Origin: the human T2T-CHM13v2.0 reference genome, Homo sapiens
DNA: 64,000 bases
NCBI RefSeq assembly: GCF_009914755.1
Contig: NC_060931.1
Direction: 5' to 3' (one strand)
The position numbers and the translations under genes are program-made. The notes under the pieces are model-generated. The model ran no database searches. It worked only from the letters and a program-made list of their open reading frames with translations, and was not told where the DNA came from. This document shows positions 16,036 to 28,644 of this stretch, in pieces; positions within the stretch are counted from its first letter, which is position 1, and each line of letters opens with the position of its first letter.

Positions 16036-18736
16036 TTATTCTTTGAGGCATTATAACAGCTTTCTCAGACAAACCTCCTCCAAAGGCAAGAAAGTTGGCC
16101 ACTGTGTAGAGAGCTCTACAATGATGGCCCCATTAGCAAAAAGCAGCTTTTCATAAAAAGTCTTGAGTGGGAAAGGAGAAAGTCTAGATTCAGCATCAGG
16201 ATTCACAGGGCTCCTTGAGTATATTAAAGTCTTGATGGTTTTCTTAAAGTAAAAGGGAACACAAGTCTCTGTATGGAGGACATTTCTCAGGTTTTGTTTG
16301 TTTTTTCCTTCTAGAAAAAGCAAGATATACTAAAATCAAGTCTGCTGCTAGGGTACGAGGAAGACCAAAACTTACATAAGAGCCTGCTGTGTGCTGAGCT
16401 GTTTGCATACCTTATTAAATTCTTATGGCCACAACCATTAGGTTGCTGTCATGAGCAATATTTTACTGATGAAAAGATTGAAATGCAGATAAATTGTCAT
16501 TTCTTAAGGCCACCAACCCATTAAGTGATGGAAGCTGAATCAGGCTGTCTAGCTGTATACCTCAGGCCCTTTTGAGTTGGCTGTTTTCTTTTGCCTTCGC
16601 TCATTGCCTACCATATGGAAGGCACTTGTCACATGTCTATAAAGACTGATTTTCTTTCCAAAGAGCATGGGCCATTTGCAATCCCATCAGCAGTACATGA
16701 GCACGCATTCAAACAAATGTCCCCATGGCAGCTTAACCTTTCCAAGTGGTTTTGGTTTTGGTCAGTTTCTTTGCTTGAAGTTCTGTTTTTAACTTTTTGA
16801 TTTATTAAGGACAGATTAACTGTGGCTTCTGAAATTTCTTTCAATTTCCTAGTAAGCACAAACAGAGAAGACCAACTACTTGTTTTAGGGAATAATGTTC
16901 AGTTGGGATATGTGGATTCTAGGTTTTGGTTTTCTTATTCATATTTTGCCCATATTTTTATTCTGGCTACTTTATCCATCATAGACTAATAATAATGAGT
17001 TTAACTCTCCTGTACCATTTTATTTTGGTCGCCCTGAGCCAGGTGACATTTAAATTTTCATTATTCTTATATATAAACATGAAATGATACAAATGTGAAT
17101 AAATAAAGCCAAGCCAATGGATACTGGTGGTGAAATAGTCCAACTTCTTCCTTCCCATATTCATCGGGTCAAGATTTCCATTTCTGGCAATATGAAGGAT
17201 TAGATAACTTGAAAATCCTCCCGGTACAAAATAAAAATAAAAATAAAAATGCTGTGTCGAATGTGTTAAATGCACTTGGAATTCGCAGAAAGCAGTCGAG
17301 CATCCTTATTAAGGACATAGGCTTTCTAAGTAACCTGGATTGCAGGTTTAAGAAGGAAAGAGAAAACCACTGTTACACACATGATTGTGTGGAAATTCAC
17401 ACTTACTTTGTCCTCTTTAGACTCTGAGTTCCTTAATAACGAGGTCATATGGAGCTTATACTTCTAAGGTTTGTTGTAGTGTACTGGGTGGTGGGTACAT
17501 ATTACTGAATGAATTAAAGAATATTCACTTTGTCTCCAAGTGATAGTGAGGGGACCACAGTGTAGCATACACAGTTACAGACAAATCCCATTTCAGAAAC
17601 TGACTCAGAAAATCTAGGTAGAAAATAGCTACATTCGATGATAGTTTAAAAATAACATTCCTCTGTACATTTAAGTGCACATACAGACAGGATTTACGGT
17701 GCAAGAGACTGGGAGAATTAAAACAGAGGGGTTAATGGTCCCTGGAAACTAAAGAGCAATCAGGGAAAAATAAATCTGAGATTATACTGTTACTTAGAAA
17801 ATTGTAAGCACTTGATTGACTCTGTGTTTATGGCTGGTCAGAGACTCAGGCTCATAAATTCTTTTGTTACATTTTGAAGTTCTACATTCTAATGTTTAGA
17901 GGGTTTGTTATTGCTATTCACATTGCCTTTGTTCAAAACTTCCCCCTAAATTGAACGTCTACCCTCTTGCCCCAGCCTTATTGAAGTAGATGGGCACGAT
18001 AAAAGCCCGCTTTCTCCAGCCTTTCACTCAGTAGGTAACTGTGTATTGAGCTCTCAGGGTCTGTGGATCCTAAACAACAGACTTTGCTGTGAGTAGCTCA
18101 AAGTCCTGGGAAGGTAGGATCGGTCTGACTCTTAGTATATATGGCCTATACATGGTACTTATATACACACACATTTTTCATTAAATGCACATATCATTAT
18201 TTATAATTATAAAATTCAGGTATATAAATTCACATCATATATAAAATGATGTGATGCAGTACTGTGGAAAGTATGGTGCGCTGGGGAAGTACAGGCTACA
18301 GAGTCCTACTAAAATGAGTTCAGAATTATGATTAAAATCAAATGTCTACCTCAGCAAATTCACATCAGAGTCTTGATTTCCTCTCTGGGAAATGGGGATG
18401 GTTGGGAGAATCAATGAATGGGAGTGTGTTATAGGGTAGCCCAGGCTCTGTGATGGCTCATTCCTTTTGTGTGCATGTATCACACTGCCCCATGCACACT
18501 GCAAACTGAGTCTTCTTAGGGATAGGATTAATGTGTGTTCCTTGGGATCTTCCGCAGAGATCAGTCTGGTGTTGCATATAGAGCAAAATTGTTGATTATA
18601 AAACAGTTTAGGGAGCCTGCTACCCAGACAGCATTGTGCTGGAGCCTTCTTGTCAGGGTCTTCTCGAAGTGTTGAGGAAGTGAAAATGGATGCCTACCTA
18701 CATTTGGAATAACTGACTTTTCCTTTGTGGTTCAAG

Positions 18737-18979
18737 ATTGAAGATGAACTGATGCTGGCACCAGGTTTTGCTGCCCCACCCTACCTAGATTATGCAGGCT
18801 ACCACCAGTACATAGAGGAGATGCTTCCTCCAGAAAGCCCGGCACTGTATGGCCTCCACCCAAATGCTGAAATAGAATTCCTGACAGTGACATCCAACAC
18901 TCTCTTCAGAACTTTGCTGGAGATGCAGCCCAGGAATGCACTCAGTGGTGATGAACTGGGGCAGTCTACAGAAGAAAAG
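18737..18979 (+). CDS. DNAH11: DNAH11 coding exon (probably 77)
   Basis: ttcaag|ATT...AAG|gtagag; 243 nt; [11 protein letters not shown]...[16 protein letters not shown]...STEEK; in frame with ORF 18725-19021. Confidence 0.95.
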
Positions 18980-19004
18980 GTAGAGGGTCTTTCCTTCCTT
19001 TTCT

Positions 19005-19750
19005 TTTTCATTGAAGTATAACTTACTTGTACTGAAGTCTACTAATCTTAATTGTGCAAATCAATAAGTTTTTACCTAGGTTTTACTCATACAACCACCA
19101 CCTAGATCAAAATAACATTTCCAACACTCCAGAAGGATACTCATGCCCCTTATCAGTCAACATACCCCTCACCTCCCCCAGAGATAATCAGTATCTTTAC
19201 CTCTATCATCACAGATTAGCTTTACCTGATTCCAAATATATGGAATCATACAGTGCGCATTCATCCATGTCTAACTCCTTTCATTCTGCATTAGATTTGT
19301 GAGATTCATCCATGTTGTTCATGTACCAATGGTTCATTTTTGTTTTGAATTCTATATGAATATAAAATTCTTCATTGTACTGTGAATGGATGTTTGGGTT
19401 GTTTCTTGTTTTTCACTTTTATAGAAATATCACAACCATGAACATTCTTCTGCAGTCAATATGCAAAGGTAACTCCCAAAGGCATCCATTCATACTACCC
19501 ATTTCTCTATACCCAGAAGTGGGATTGCCAGATAACAGGGTATAATGTGTAGCTTTAATAGTATTCCCAATCAGTTTTCTCCAGTGGCTGTACCAGTTAC
19601 TTTCCCACCAGCAGTGCGTGTGAGTTCCACTTGCTCTATCTTTTTTGTGATTTTGTAAGGGTAATGTTATCTCACAGTGGTTTTAATTTTGCAATCCTCA
19701 ATTGAGGAGTAATATTGAGCATCTTTTCACATGCTTATGGCCGTTTGGAT
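19005..19750 (-). mobile_element. Old L1M (L1ME-like) 3' region
   Basis: Diverged reverse L1 3' motifs (gagattcatccatgttg, ttcccaccagcagtg). Confidence 0.65.
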
Positions 19751-20191
19751 ATACTGTCTACCTCCACTGTAAATGAGTTTAAGATTTCAGGACCTGATAA
19801 ATTGCCGGTCAGAGTGATGCCAGCTGGCAGGCATGATGTCAGAACCAGAGGCAGTAGTCTGAGAAAGCAAGGAAAGAAGGAAAGCTGCCTGAGGCTAAGG
19901 ACAGGCAAAGTTCCTCCATCTTTTCTCCTTTCTAGATATTGACTGGTTTTTCCAGCTCGGTGGAGCTGTCTACATAGAATTAGTATGCATGTCTGAGTAC
20001 CATGTGCATACTCATACCTGTAATATATGTCTTTCATTCTTTCAGAGCAACAATTACAGAAGATAGAAGTTTCTTTGTTAAAAATGTTGATGTAAATTGG
20101 TCTAGGAATTTTAGGATGCCGTGGTTGGGAGGGCAGCATCATAGTTCAGCAGAATTTGCTTACGCTTAAAAGGCTTATTTGGGTTATGTGA

Positions 20192-20537
<346 letters not shown>

Positions 20538-20934
20538 TAGCAGATTATAAAATATGGTACCCTAATAATAGGCTTCTACTTCCTCTGATCATATCTTTAC
20601 ATATAAATAACATGTAGTTGATGACAGTTCTATACTCCCTAAATGTTAAGTGAGTAAACTGCAAACAACTGTAGCTCCTTCTTGACCAGATTTGGGGCTC
20701 CATGGAAGGGGAAGTGCTGGCACTGGTACAGAGGCACCAATGAGGCAGCTGAGGGAGTTGGCACTGCCATGCTGCCCACCTCCTGGGAGCCGTAGGCATC
20801 CTTCACATGCATTTGCAGGCACCTTCGGAAGTCGTATGATATATTCTGTAACTTCAAAAAGTAGAGGATATACACAGTCACCATGACGAAAACTGAAATA
20901 GAAAGGAGCTAAATCTTTGTGTTACTGATTTAAG

Positions 20935-21117
20935 GTTAAGAATGTCTTGGATGACATTTTGGAGAAACTTCCAGAAGAGTTCAACATGGCAGAGATAATG
21001 CAAAAAAATTCAAATAGAAGCCCATATGTTCTTGTTTGCTTCCAAGAATGTGAGAGGATGAATATTCTCATTCGGGAAATACGTATATCACTTGAACAAC
21101 TGGACCTTAGTTTGAAG
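20935..21117 (+). CDS. DNAH11: DNAH11 coding exon (probably 78)
   Basis: tttaag|GTT...AAG|gtaagc; 183 nt; [16 protein letters not shown]...[26 protein letters not shown]. Confidence 0.95.
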
Positions 21118-21195
21118 GTAAGCTTAAAGTGAGGCTATAGTAGACTTCAGCACATTGGAAGATATTCACTGTGTGGCTTTTTTTCTCCATGCAAG

Positions 21196-21311
21196 GGGGA
21201 ATTGGCATTATCTCCTGCTGTGGAAGCCCAGCAGTTTGCATTGAGTTATGACACGGTACCAGACACTTGGAGCAAACTGGCTTATCCTTCTACTTATGGC
21301 CTAGCCCAGTG
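21196..21311 (+). CDS. DNAH11: DNAH11 coding exon (probably 79)
   Basis: catgcaag|GGG...TG|gtaagc; 116 nt; [38 protein letters not shown](W). Confidence 0.95.
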
Positions 21312-21862
21312 GTAAGCTACCCCATCCTCACTGCCACTGGCCCTGAGCAGCCTCGGTGCTGGGTTAGTGTTCTGAATAATGCTTCCTAAGAACTATGCAG
21401 ACGGAGCTTTGTGACTGTTCTCAACCTGTAACCGTAAAAAATTCTTCCACCAATTTCATTTGAGTTTACTTGGTATATTGCATCAAAGGCAAAAATAGTT
21501 AAAAGACAGGGTCAGAGCAAGACTGAAATTCTGTCGCTCACTCATTGATACATGATCTTAGACAAAATAACCTGTCTCTTTTTTAAATCTGAAAAATGTA
21601 GATGGCAATAGAATCCCCTGAGTTGTTGTTAAGAGTTGAATGGCCATGGAAAGCAACTTGAATTTGCCTTTGTGTCATCTTATAACTTTACTTTGCAAGC
21701 CTGAGATTCCTCTGCCTTCTCATAGACAACCTTTGAAAGTTTGTAATATGGTATGCAGTATGCAGTAAACTAGACTGGGGGTATAACTGCAGAGATGTGT
21801 CACAAAGCTAGGGCAGAAATTCACAGATTACTGAATGTAATCTGTGCTGATGTTACACCTAA

Positions 21863-22340
<478 letters not shown>

Positions 22341-23092
22341 CACACTTTTGATTTTTCTAACACAATGTTAGAGCCTTCAGCTTCCCTCTGAACATCAACC
22401 TCCTTCTGGTCTGGAATTGTAGTTCCACCTTATTTTAAGCCACATTATGTTTGTTGTGTTTTGTTTGTGGTCAATCATTATTTTTGTTTTAATATACTGT
22501 ACTGATTTCTTTGCTCATCATTGCTTTTTTTGTATCTTGTTCTGGGCTTTTCTTTTTTTATCAGAGTATAAAATATAGAGCAGGGCTTGGAGGGTGGGGG
22601 TGTAAATCATCTTGTGTTTCTGAAACTGTCCTCACTGCACTCTCCTTCTTGATTGATAGTTTACTTATACGTAGAATTATAGGACACGATTATTTTTCCT
22701 TCAGCACTTTGATGTTCTAACTCCATGGTTTTCTAGCATTGATTGTAGAGGGTGGATCTGGTCTTAAATATTTGCCATTCCTTCCCAAGTAAAGTTTTAA
22801 AATGTTTCTCTTTACCCTTGATGTTCAACAATTTTACTATTGTACTGAGGTATGGATTTTTAAAGTACTGTCATAAATGTGAGATTCCATCCATAGCTTT
22901 TATTCTGAAAAAGTCTTAGCACTTTTTTCTCTGAATATCGTATTCTCCTCATGTCTACATTTATCTGCCTGACCTCTTAACGTTTTCAGTGTGTCTTTCG
23001 GCTGTATACTTGTAGACTTCATCAGTTCTGGGTGATCTTCATTATATCTTCAACTGTCTCCAATCTGTTTCTTAATTATTTAGATGTCATTG

Positions 23093-23395
23093 TCCAGGTT
23101 GGGCGCAGTGGCTCATGCCCAGCACTTTGGGAGGGCAAGGCAGGAGGATCACTTGAGCCCAGGAGTTCGAAGCCAGCCTGGGCAACATAATGAGACCCTG
23201 TCTCTAAAAAACAATAATAAAATAAATAAAATAAAAATTAGCCAGGTGTGGTGGCATGCGACTGTAGTCCTAGCTACTCAAGGTGTAGAGGTGGTAGGAT
23301 TGCTTGAGCCCAAGAGGTCAAGGGTGCAATGAGCCATGATCATGCCACTGCATTCTAGCCTGGGTGACAGAGCAAGACCCTGTCTCAAAAAATAA
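23093..23395 (+). mobile_element. Alu (AluJ)
   Basis: Diverged dimer with an expanded A-rich linker. Confidence 0.88.
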
Positions 23396-23938
23396 AGTAT
23401 ATTTCATCGTCCATAATTATCAGTTCCAGGTTTTTTATATTTTTGGAAGGGTGCCTAGCTTAGTTTTATAATTTCCTGTTTTCGTTTTTATGACTGTTAT
23501 TCTCTTTTCCTGAGAAGTTTAAACATACTTACAAGTAAGTATTTTCTTCAAGACTTCTCTATTTCCTGGGTTATAAACCTTCCTGTTTGTTGGATTTGCT
23601 GGTGGTTTTTCATGCCATATACTCTTATGTCTATACCTGAATGACAGTTTGGCCAGTTATTAAAATATAATAACACCCTCAGTTGGAGGCCTTTGTAGCC
23701 ATCACTCTCCTCTTGTCAAATGCTGCCGTGGAGATGTCAAAAGCTAGCATACTTCTTTTCCCTTTATAAATGGCTTCATGTTTTCCCCTGGCCATCCAGG
23801 GATTCTTCATTGTTCATATTATTCTTTATATTTTAGTATTGATTACTCTTTACCAAATTTTCTTGGAACATGATGTGCCCTTGATTGTATAGATTCAAAG
23901 GTATAATTTAGGAAAACTCAAATTTTCTAGAATTACAC

Positions 23939-24227
23939 TTTTTTTTGAGAGATTCTCATTCTGTTGCCTAGGCTGGAGTGCAGTGACGTGATCGCAGCTC
24001 ACTGCAACCTCTGCCTCTTGGGTTCAACCGATTCTCCTGCCTTCAGCCTCCCTAGTAGCTGGGATTACAGGCATGTGCCACCATGCCCGGCCAACTTTGT
24101 TATTTTTAGTAGGGATGGGGTTTCACCATGTTGGCCAGGCTGGTCTCGAACACCTGACCTCAAGTGATCCACCTGCCTCGGCCTCCCAAAGTGCTGGGAT
24201 TACAGATGTGAGCCACCACGTCTGGCC
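23939..24227 (-). mobile_element. Alu (AluS)
   Basis: Reverse full dimer. Confidence 0.9.
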
Positions 24228-24649
24228 TCATTTCAGCTTTCATTTTATTGCTTTCACTCTAACCCTTTACCTCTTTATTTCCATTTGTTTTTATTATTCT
24301 CCCTTACGCTGTTTCACTTTTGCTTTCATTTCTATAATTTTATTTTCTACTTCTTATTTGGGGTCTTCAAACTTAATTTCCTTACTATTTCCTACCTGAT
24401 CCCTTCTAAGTCATGATCTTGTTTATATCAACAATCACTTGTTTTAGTTGTTACAAATTGTCTGCAGTGTTTATCCTCATGATGGCAACATTTTGAGAGA
24501 AATGTCTTCCTGCCTTTGCTTTTCTCATTCGCCTTTTTCCTTTGTGTGGTGCCTATGCTGTTTCTTCTTCTTATCGTCGAGTATGCTTTTTCGGATCCAG
24601 CTATCTGGAAGAACTTAATATAGGTCCGGGCACAGAGATTTTCCTTGTG

Positions 24650-25200
24650 GTGACGTAAGTTTGACCGTGAGCATTCTGAGCCTTTTCTTCTTCACGGCCC
24701 AGAGTCAGGCAAGTATCTCAGGCAGACATGTTCTGCCATGTGGTTTGTCAGGGTGTTTCCTCATTCACCCCCACTTCCTTTGCATATCTGAAGCAGACAA
24801 GGTCCTAGAAAACTTCAGTGCCAGCCTTTCCTTCTAGAGAACTCTGGCTTTTACACTGAGGCTATGCTCTCTACTCCATTCTCCTGGTCCCCTTTAAGCA
24901 GCCTCTGAAACTTACAATTCAAGGTTTCACTTCTCTCTTAATTTTATCGAAGAGGTTCATCTGTCCCTAGCCTCTGTGAGCCAGCTTCCTTATAGGTCAA
25001 CTGCAAATACTTCCTACCTTGCCCAATTGTGAGGAGCCGAGAAGAGAACATGTACGTAACAGCAGCGTTTCTCAACCCACCGGCGTGCCATTCCTGGCTG
25101 ACTTGTTTTCCTAATTAACCTTTTTCCTCCCCACTTTCAGGCAGCTACTGCACGTGCTTAGACTGCCGTCACGTGCTCCACTGCCTCCGCACATGCTGTT
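24650..25200. promoter_or_regulatory. Candidate intronic enhancer (IRF site, CRE-like site, twin CACGTG E-boxes)
   Basis: GAAGTGAAACC on - (24933-24923), TGACGTAA at 24651, CACGTG at 25151 and 25170; position fits the recalled CDCA7L enhancer in a 3' DNAH11 intron. Confidence 0.6.
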
Positions 25201-25646
25201 CCCTCTGCTTATCAATCAGATTTCCCGGCAACTCTGGTCTTGTAACCACCATCACAGCCTTGCCATCCCTGGTCCTCAGACACCCTGTCCATACCTCCAA
25301 GTTGGCGCTTGTCAGTCCAAGTCATAGGGTGATGACCTTTGTATAGTCACCACATAGCATGAAGAGGCTCTAATAAAAGCTGTTGCATAAATGGAAATGA
25401 GTTTTCCACATTCCTCAGTGTATCTTGCTCTAATGTAAACGCTACAGTCATCAAGTCTCCAATGGGAAACAAACTAGCCCTTTAAAGGGACAGTGCCCTG
25501 CAAATTGTCAGGGAAGGATTTTACCAGCTAGCAGTGGTATACTTCTCCTCCACCACCACCCTGCCCTAACCGCCCACAACAGAACATACTGGAAAATGGC
25601 TATTTTACTGAACAGCAAGTTTTTCTTCCTCCCTCCCATAAACCAG

Positions 25647-25759
25647 GTTCAATGACCTCCTCCTGCGATGCCGAGAACTCGATACTTGGACACAAGACCT
25701 TACCCTTCCGGCTGTCGTGTGGCTCTCCGGCTTCTTCAACCCTCAGTCCTTCTTAACTG
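25647..25759 (+). CDS. DNAH11: DNAH11 coding exon (probably 80)
   Basis: aaccag|G TTC...ACT G|gtaagg; 113 nt; [37 protein letters not shown], a conserved dynein C-terminal motif. Confidence 0.96.
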
Positions 25760-25999
25760 GTAAGGGCTGACGCAGTGCAGCCCCTGATGCACACAGGACC
25801 ACAGCCTAACCAGAAGCCCTGCTTTGTTTACCTATGATGGCGTCTCCTTGCCCTGCTCACCAATCCTCAAGCAGCAGCCATTATAGAAAGGACCAGCAGC
25901 TATAGAGGAAACAGAGTCCTGGGCAGGCGAGTAGCAGCAGGAGGGAAAGGACCTCCTATAGCAGCAAGAGTAGCCAAGTGAGGTGGGGCACGGTGTGCT

Positions 26000-26155
26000 C
26001 TTATTAAACATTTTCTGGAAAGGGCCACATAGCTACTCTGCTACTGTAGTGCGAAAACCACAGACAATCCACAAGTGGCTGTGACTATTCCAATAAAACT
26101 ATCTACAGAAACAGCGAGCTTGTCCTGCAGGCCTTAGTTGGCCAACCCCCTGCTC
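26000..26155. mobile_element. MER58A-like hAT fossil
   Basis: ggctgtgactattccaataaaact...gcaggccttagttggccaacccc. Confidence 0.6.
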
Positions 26156-26290
26156 CAGCGCAGCCATGTGCCAATGCTCAAGAACCTAAAACACCCTATG
26201 GGACTAAAGGATGCCTCAATTTACTGGTAGCTCCCGGGAACCTTACATGCAACACTTTTATCCTATTCAATTTTTGTTATATTTCCAAAG

Positions 26291-26431
26291 CAATCATGCA
26301 GACGATGGCTCGAAAAAATGAGTGGCCCCTGGATAAAACGCGCTTGACTGCTGATGTTACCAAAAAAACAAAGGAAGATTATGGACACCCGCCAAGGGAA
26401 GGTGCATACCTCCACGGACTCTTCATGGAGG
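26291..26431 (+). CDS. DNAH11: DNAH11 coding exon (probably 81)
   Basis: ccaaag|CA ATC...GAG G|gtaaga; 141 nt; [16 protein letters not shown]...[11 protein letters not shown]. Confidence 0.96.
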
Positions 26432-27234
26432 GTAAGACACCCCAAGGGGTAAGTGGGGAACCTTTTCTTACTCAGGTTCAGATCAGTGTTTGTCCTCTGC
26501 TTACTGTTTCTCAGCATCTCCTCACTCACACAGTAACCTTATGCTAGTCATTATCTCATTTCTTCCTCTTAAATAATTTAAGTGCTGGGATGTGTGTCCA
26601 CTGTGAACCAAACTGTAATATTTGGGGTGATGGCTATCACTTAAATTTTGCACATATATCTGGATGTTAATGCCACTGAATAACATCATTAGACTTAGAC
26701 TGAATTTACATTCTTTTTGCTTTTCAATATAATCATTTCAAAATCTTTCTTCTATTGTTTAAAAACTGTCAGTAAATTTGCTCTAATGTTTTACTACAAG
26801 ACTTCTCCAAGCCTGGAAGATGCTACTGCGTAGGGTGAATCTCTAAGAGGGGGTTAGACTATGCAATATTTTCCAAATTTATCTGGCCATGCATTTATTC
26901 CACAGGACACTTAGTCCCTACCAAGATGTTCCTTTTTCAGTTTAAAGCAAGTGCCACAAGTTCTGGTGTAAAAGAATAAGGTGCGACGGGGAGGAAATGT
27001 GGTGAACTGGAGATTTTTAAAGGGAGGGCAAACTAGTTCAGTGTATGTGAATTCTCTTAGAATCCCATTTCATAAAATCAGCTTACTTCCACAGGAAAGT
27101 TTAACCACTACGCATGGAAGCAAAGCGGTGCCTCCGCTGCAGGCAGGGTAACCTACCTTTCAAAGCTCAGTCTGGCCAGCTCAGTAAAAATACCACTGAC
27201 AAGCAAAAATATGACAAAACCAGAATGTTGAATG

Positions 27235-27240
27235 TTTATT
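27235..27240 (-). terminator. Probable distal CDCA7L poly(A) signal AATAAA
   Basis: + strand tttatt; the - strand downstream is U/GU-rich (ctggttttgtcatatttttgcttgtc). Confidence 0.7.
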
Positions 27241-27313
27241 GCATCAAACAACTTGATCATTATCATTAGTAGCAAGCTGCCACACAATTGCAACCGCTGT
27301 GTTTTTGCCATAG

Positions 27314-27561
27314 GCGCCCGCTGGGACACCCAAGCAGGAACCATTGTTGAAGCCCGTCTCAAGGAGCTGGCATGCCCTATGCCGGTCATCTTTGCAAAAG
27401 CCACCCCCGTGGACAGACAAGAAACCAAACAGACCTACGAGTGCCCTGTGTATAGAACCAAACTGAGAGGCCCCAGCTACATCTGGACCTTCAGGCTGAA
27501 GAGCGAAGAGAAGACTGCAAAATGGGTTCTGGCTGGAGTGGCTCTGCTTCTAGAAGCGTAA
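27314..27561 (+). CDS. DNAH11: DNAH11 terminal coding exon (probably 82)
   Basis: gccatag|GC GCC CGC TGG...GCG TAA; GARWDTQAG...YECPVYRT...[13 protein letters not shown], a typical axonemal dynein C-terminus. Confidence 0.97.
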
Positions 27562-27732
27562 GGTAACACTGGCATTCCTCTAGCCTCTGCTGGAGTGCAG
27601 TGAGGATTTTCTAGCATGTTGCTGCACTGTTCCCATGCACATTATTCTAACTTTTTAGTAACTCACACGTGCATTCTTTTTTCAACGCTATCCTTAGAGT
27701 GAAAGTCAGAAAAAAATACTAGAAACTAACTC

Positions 27733-27887
27733 AGGGCTGAGCGTGGTGGCACACGACTGTAATCCCAGTTACTCAGGAGGTAGGAGAATCACTTGAACCT
27801 AGGAGGCAAAGGTTGCAGTGAGCCGAGGTTGCACCACTGCACTCCCTCCTGGGCAACAGAACAAGACTCCATCTCAAAAAAAAAAAA
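27733..27887 (+). mobile_element. Alu right arm inside both 3' UTRs
   Basis: gcgtggtggcacac...aagactccatctc followed by an A tail. Confidence 0.88.
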
Positions 27888-28111
27888 GTACATCATAAAA
27901 GTACATCATATGTGAACATGCAAAAGCAATGCAGCCGGAAAGAACGGAGATTTTAATTTTTAACAAACAACAAATTAAATTATTAGCCCTTAAACTCTTT
28001 CAAAATATAAAAGCAGCAGGCCCCAGGTGAGTCCTGAAGGAAGAGGCTAGCACTCTGTAAGGCCTCCAGTGTCTACAATGTTGATGGTCCCCTTTTGTTC
28101 AGTCAAGTTTT

Positions 28112-28117
28112 AATAAA
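28112..28117 (+). terminator. DNAH11 poly(A) signal AATAAA
   Basis: First AATAAA seen after the stop, followed by GT/T-rich sequence (ctttgttcagtgt). Confidence 0.75.
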
Positions 28118-28613
28118 AATGAAACTGTTCTACAGTTAATTGCACTTTGTTCAGTGTAAATTTCCAATGACCAAGAGCAGGTTAAACGATGTGTGTGGTC
28201 TATTAAACTGTGGTCACTCGTGCTAAGGCACACTTGGCCTGGAGTGAGTTACTGTTTGGGAAGCCAAAGATAGATCAAGTGCAGGAGCTGATCATACAAT
28301 GTTTTCTCTCTAACTTACTTACCTGAACTTTAACCCCACCCCATTTAAACTGTGCTTTTTAATAACTGGCAGATATTTTTAACAAAGTTCAGCATACAGA
28401 CAGGTCTGTGCATACATCTATATAGATTCCTCTGCTCTGCTGTCTTCCTGAGAAATCTTTGTAAGCATATAAACAATCTTTAACAAAAAATAGTAATTTC
28501 TACAAAGAATTTCTGTATAAAAACACAACTGTAAAAAAATCTTAGGCACCAATGGTATGCATGTCTTGTTGGAGTACTCTATGGTGAGGTGGCTGGTTCT
28601 GTTTGTTTTCCTC

Positions 28614-28644
28614 TTAATTGTCTTCTACCAGCTCCTTTTGTAAG
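28614..28644 (-). CDS. CDCA7L: CDCA7L exon 10 coding part
   Basis: tttttcccag|C TTA CAA AAG GAG CTG GTA GAA GAC AAT TAA = (S)LQKELVEDN*; phase matches exon 9. Confidence 0.92.

Larger units (their letters stand above)
27562..28140 (+). other. DNAH11: DNAH11 3' UTR (end approximate)
   Basis: Runs from the stop codon to about 20-25 nt past AATAAA at 28112; contains an Alu right arm. Confidence 0.75.
27215..28613 (-). other. CDCA7L: CDCA7L 3' UTR, antisense across the DNAH11 last exon (end approximate)
   Basis: Runs from the stop at 28614 to the distal AATAAA at 27240-27235; agrees with the recalled ~0.9 kb overlap of the two genes. Confidence 0.7.

Noticed and set aside
28139-28145. miR-25/92 seed match (GTGCAAT on -) in the CDCA7L 3' UTR
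   Set aside because: A single 7-mer can occur by chance, and conservation cannot be assessed here.
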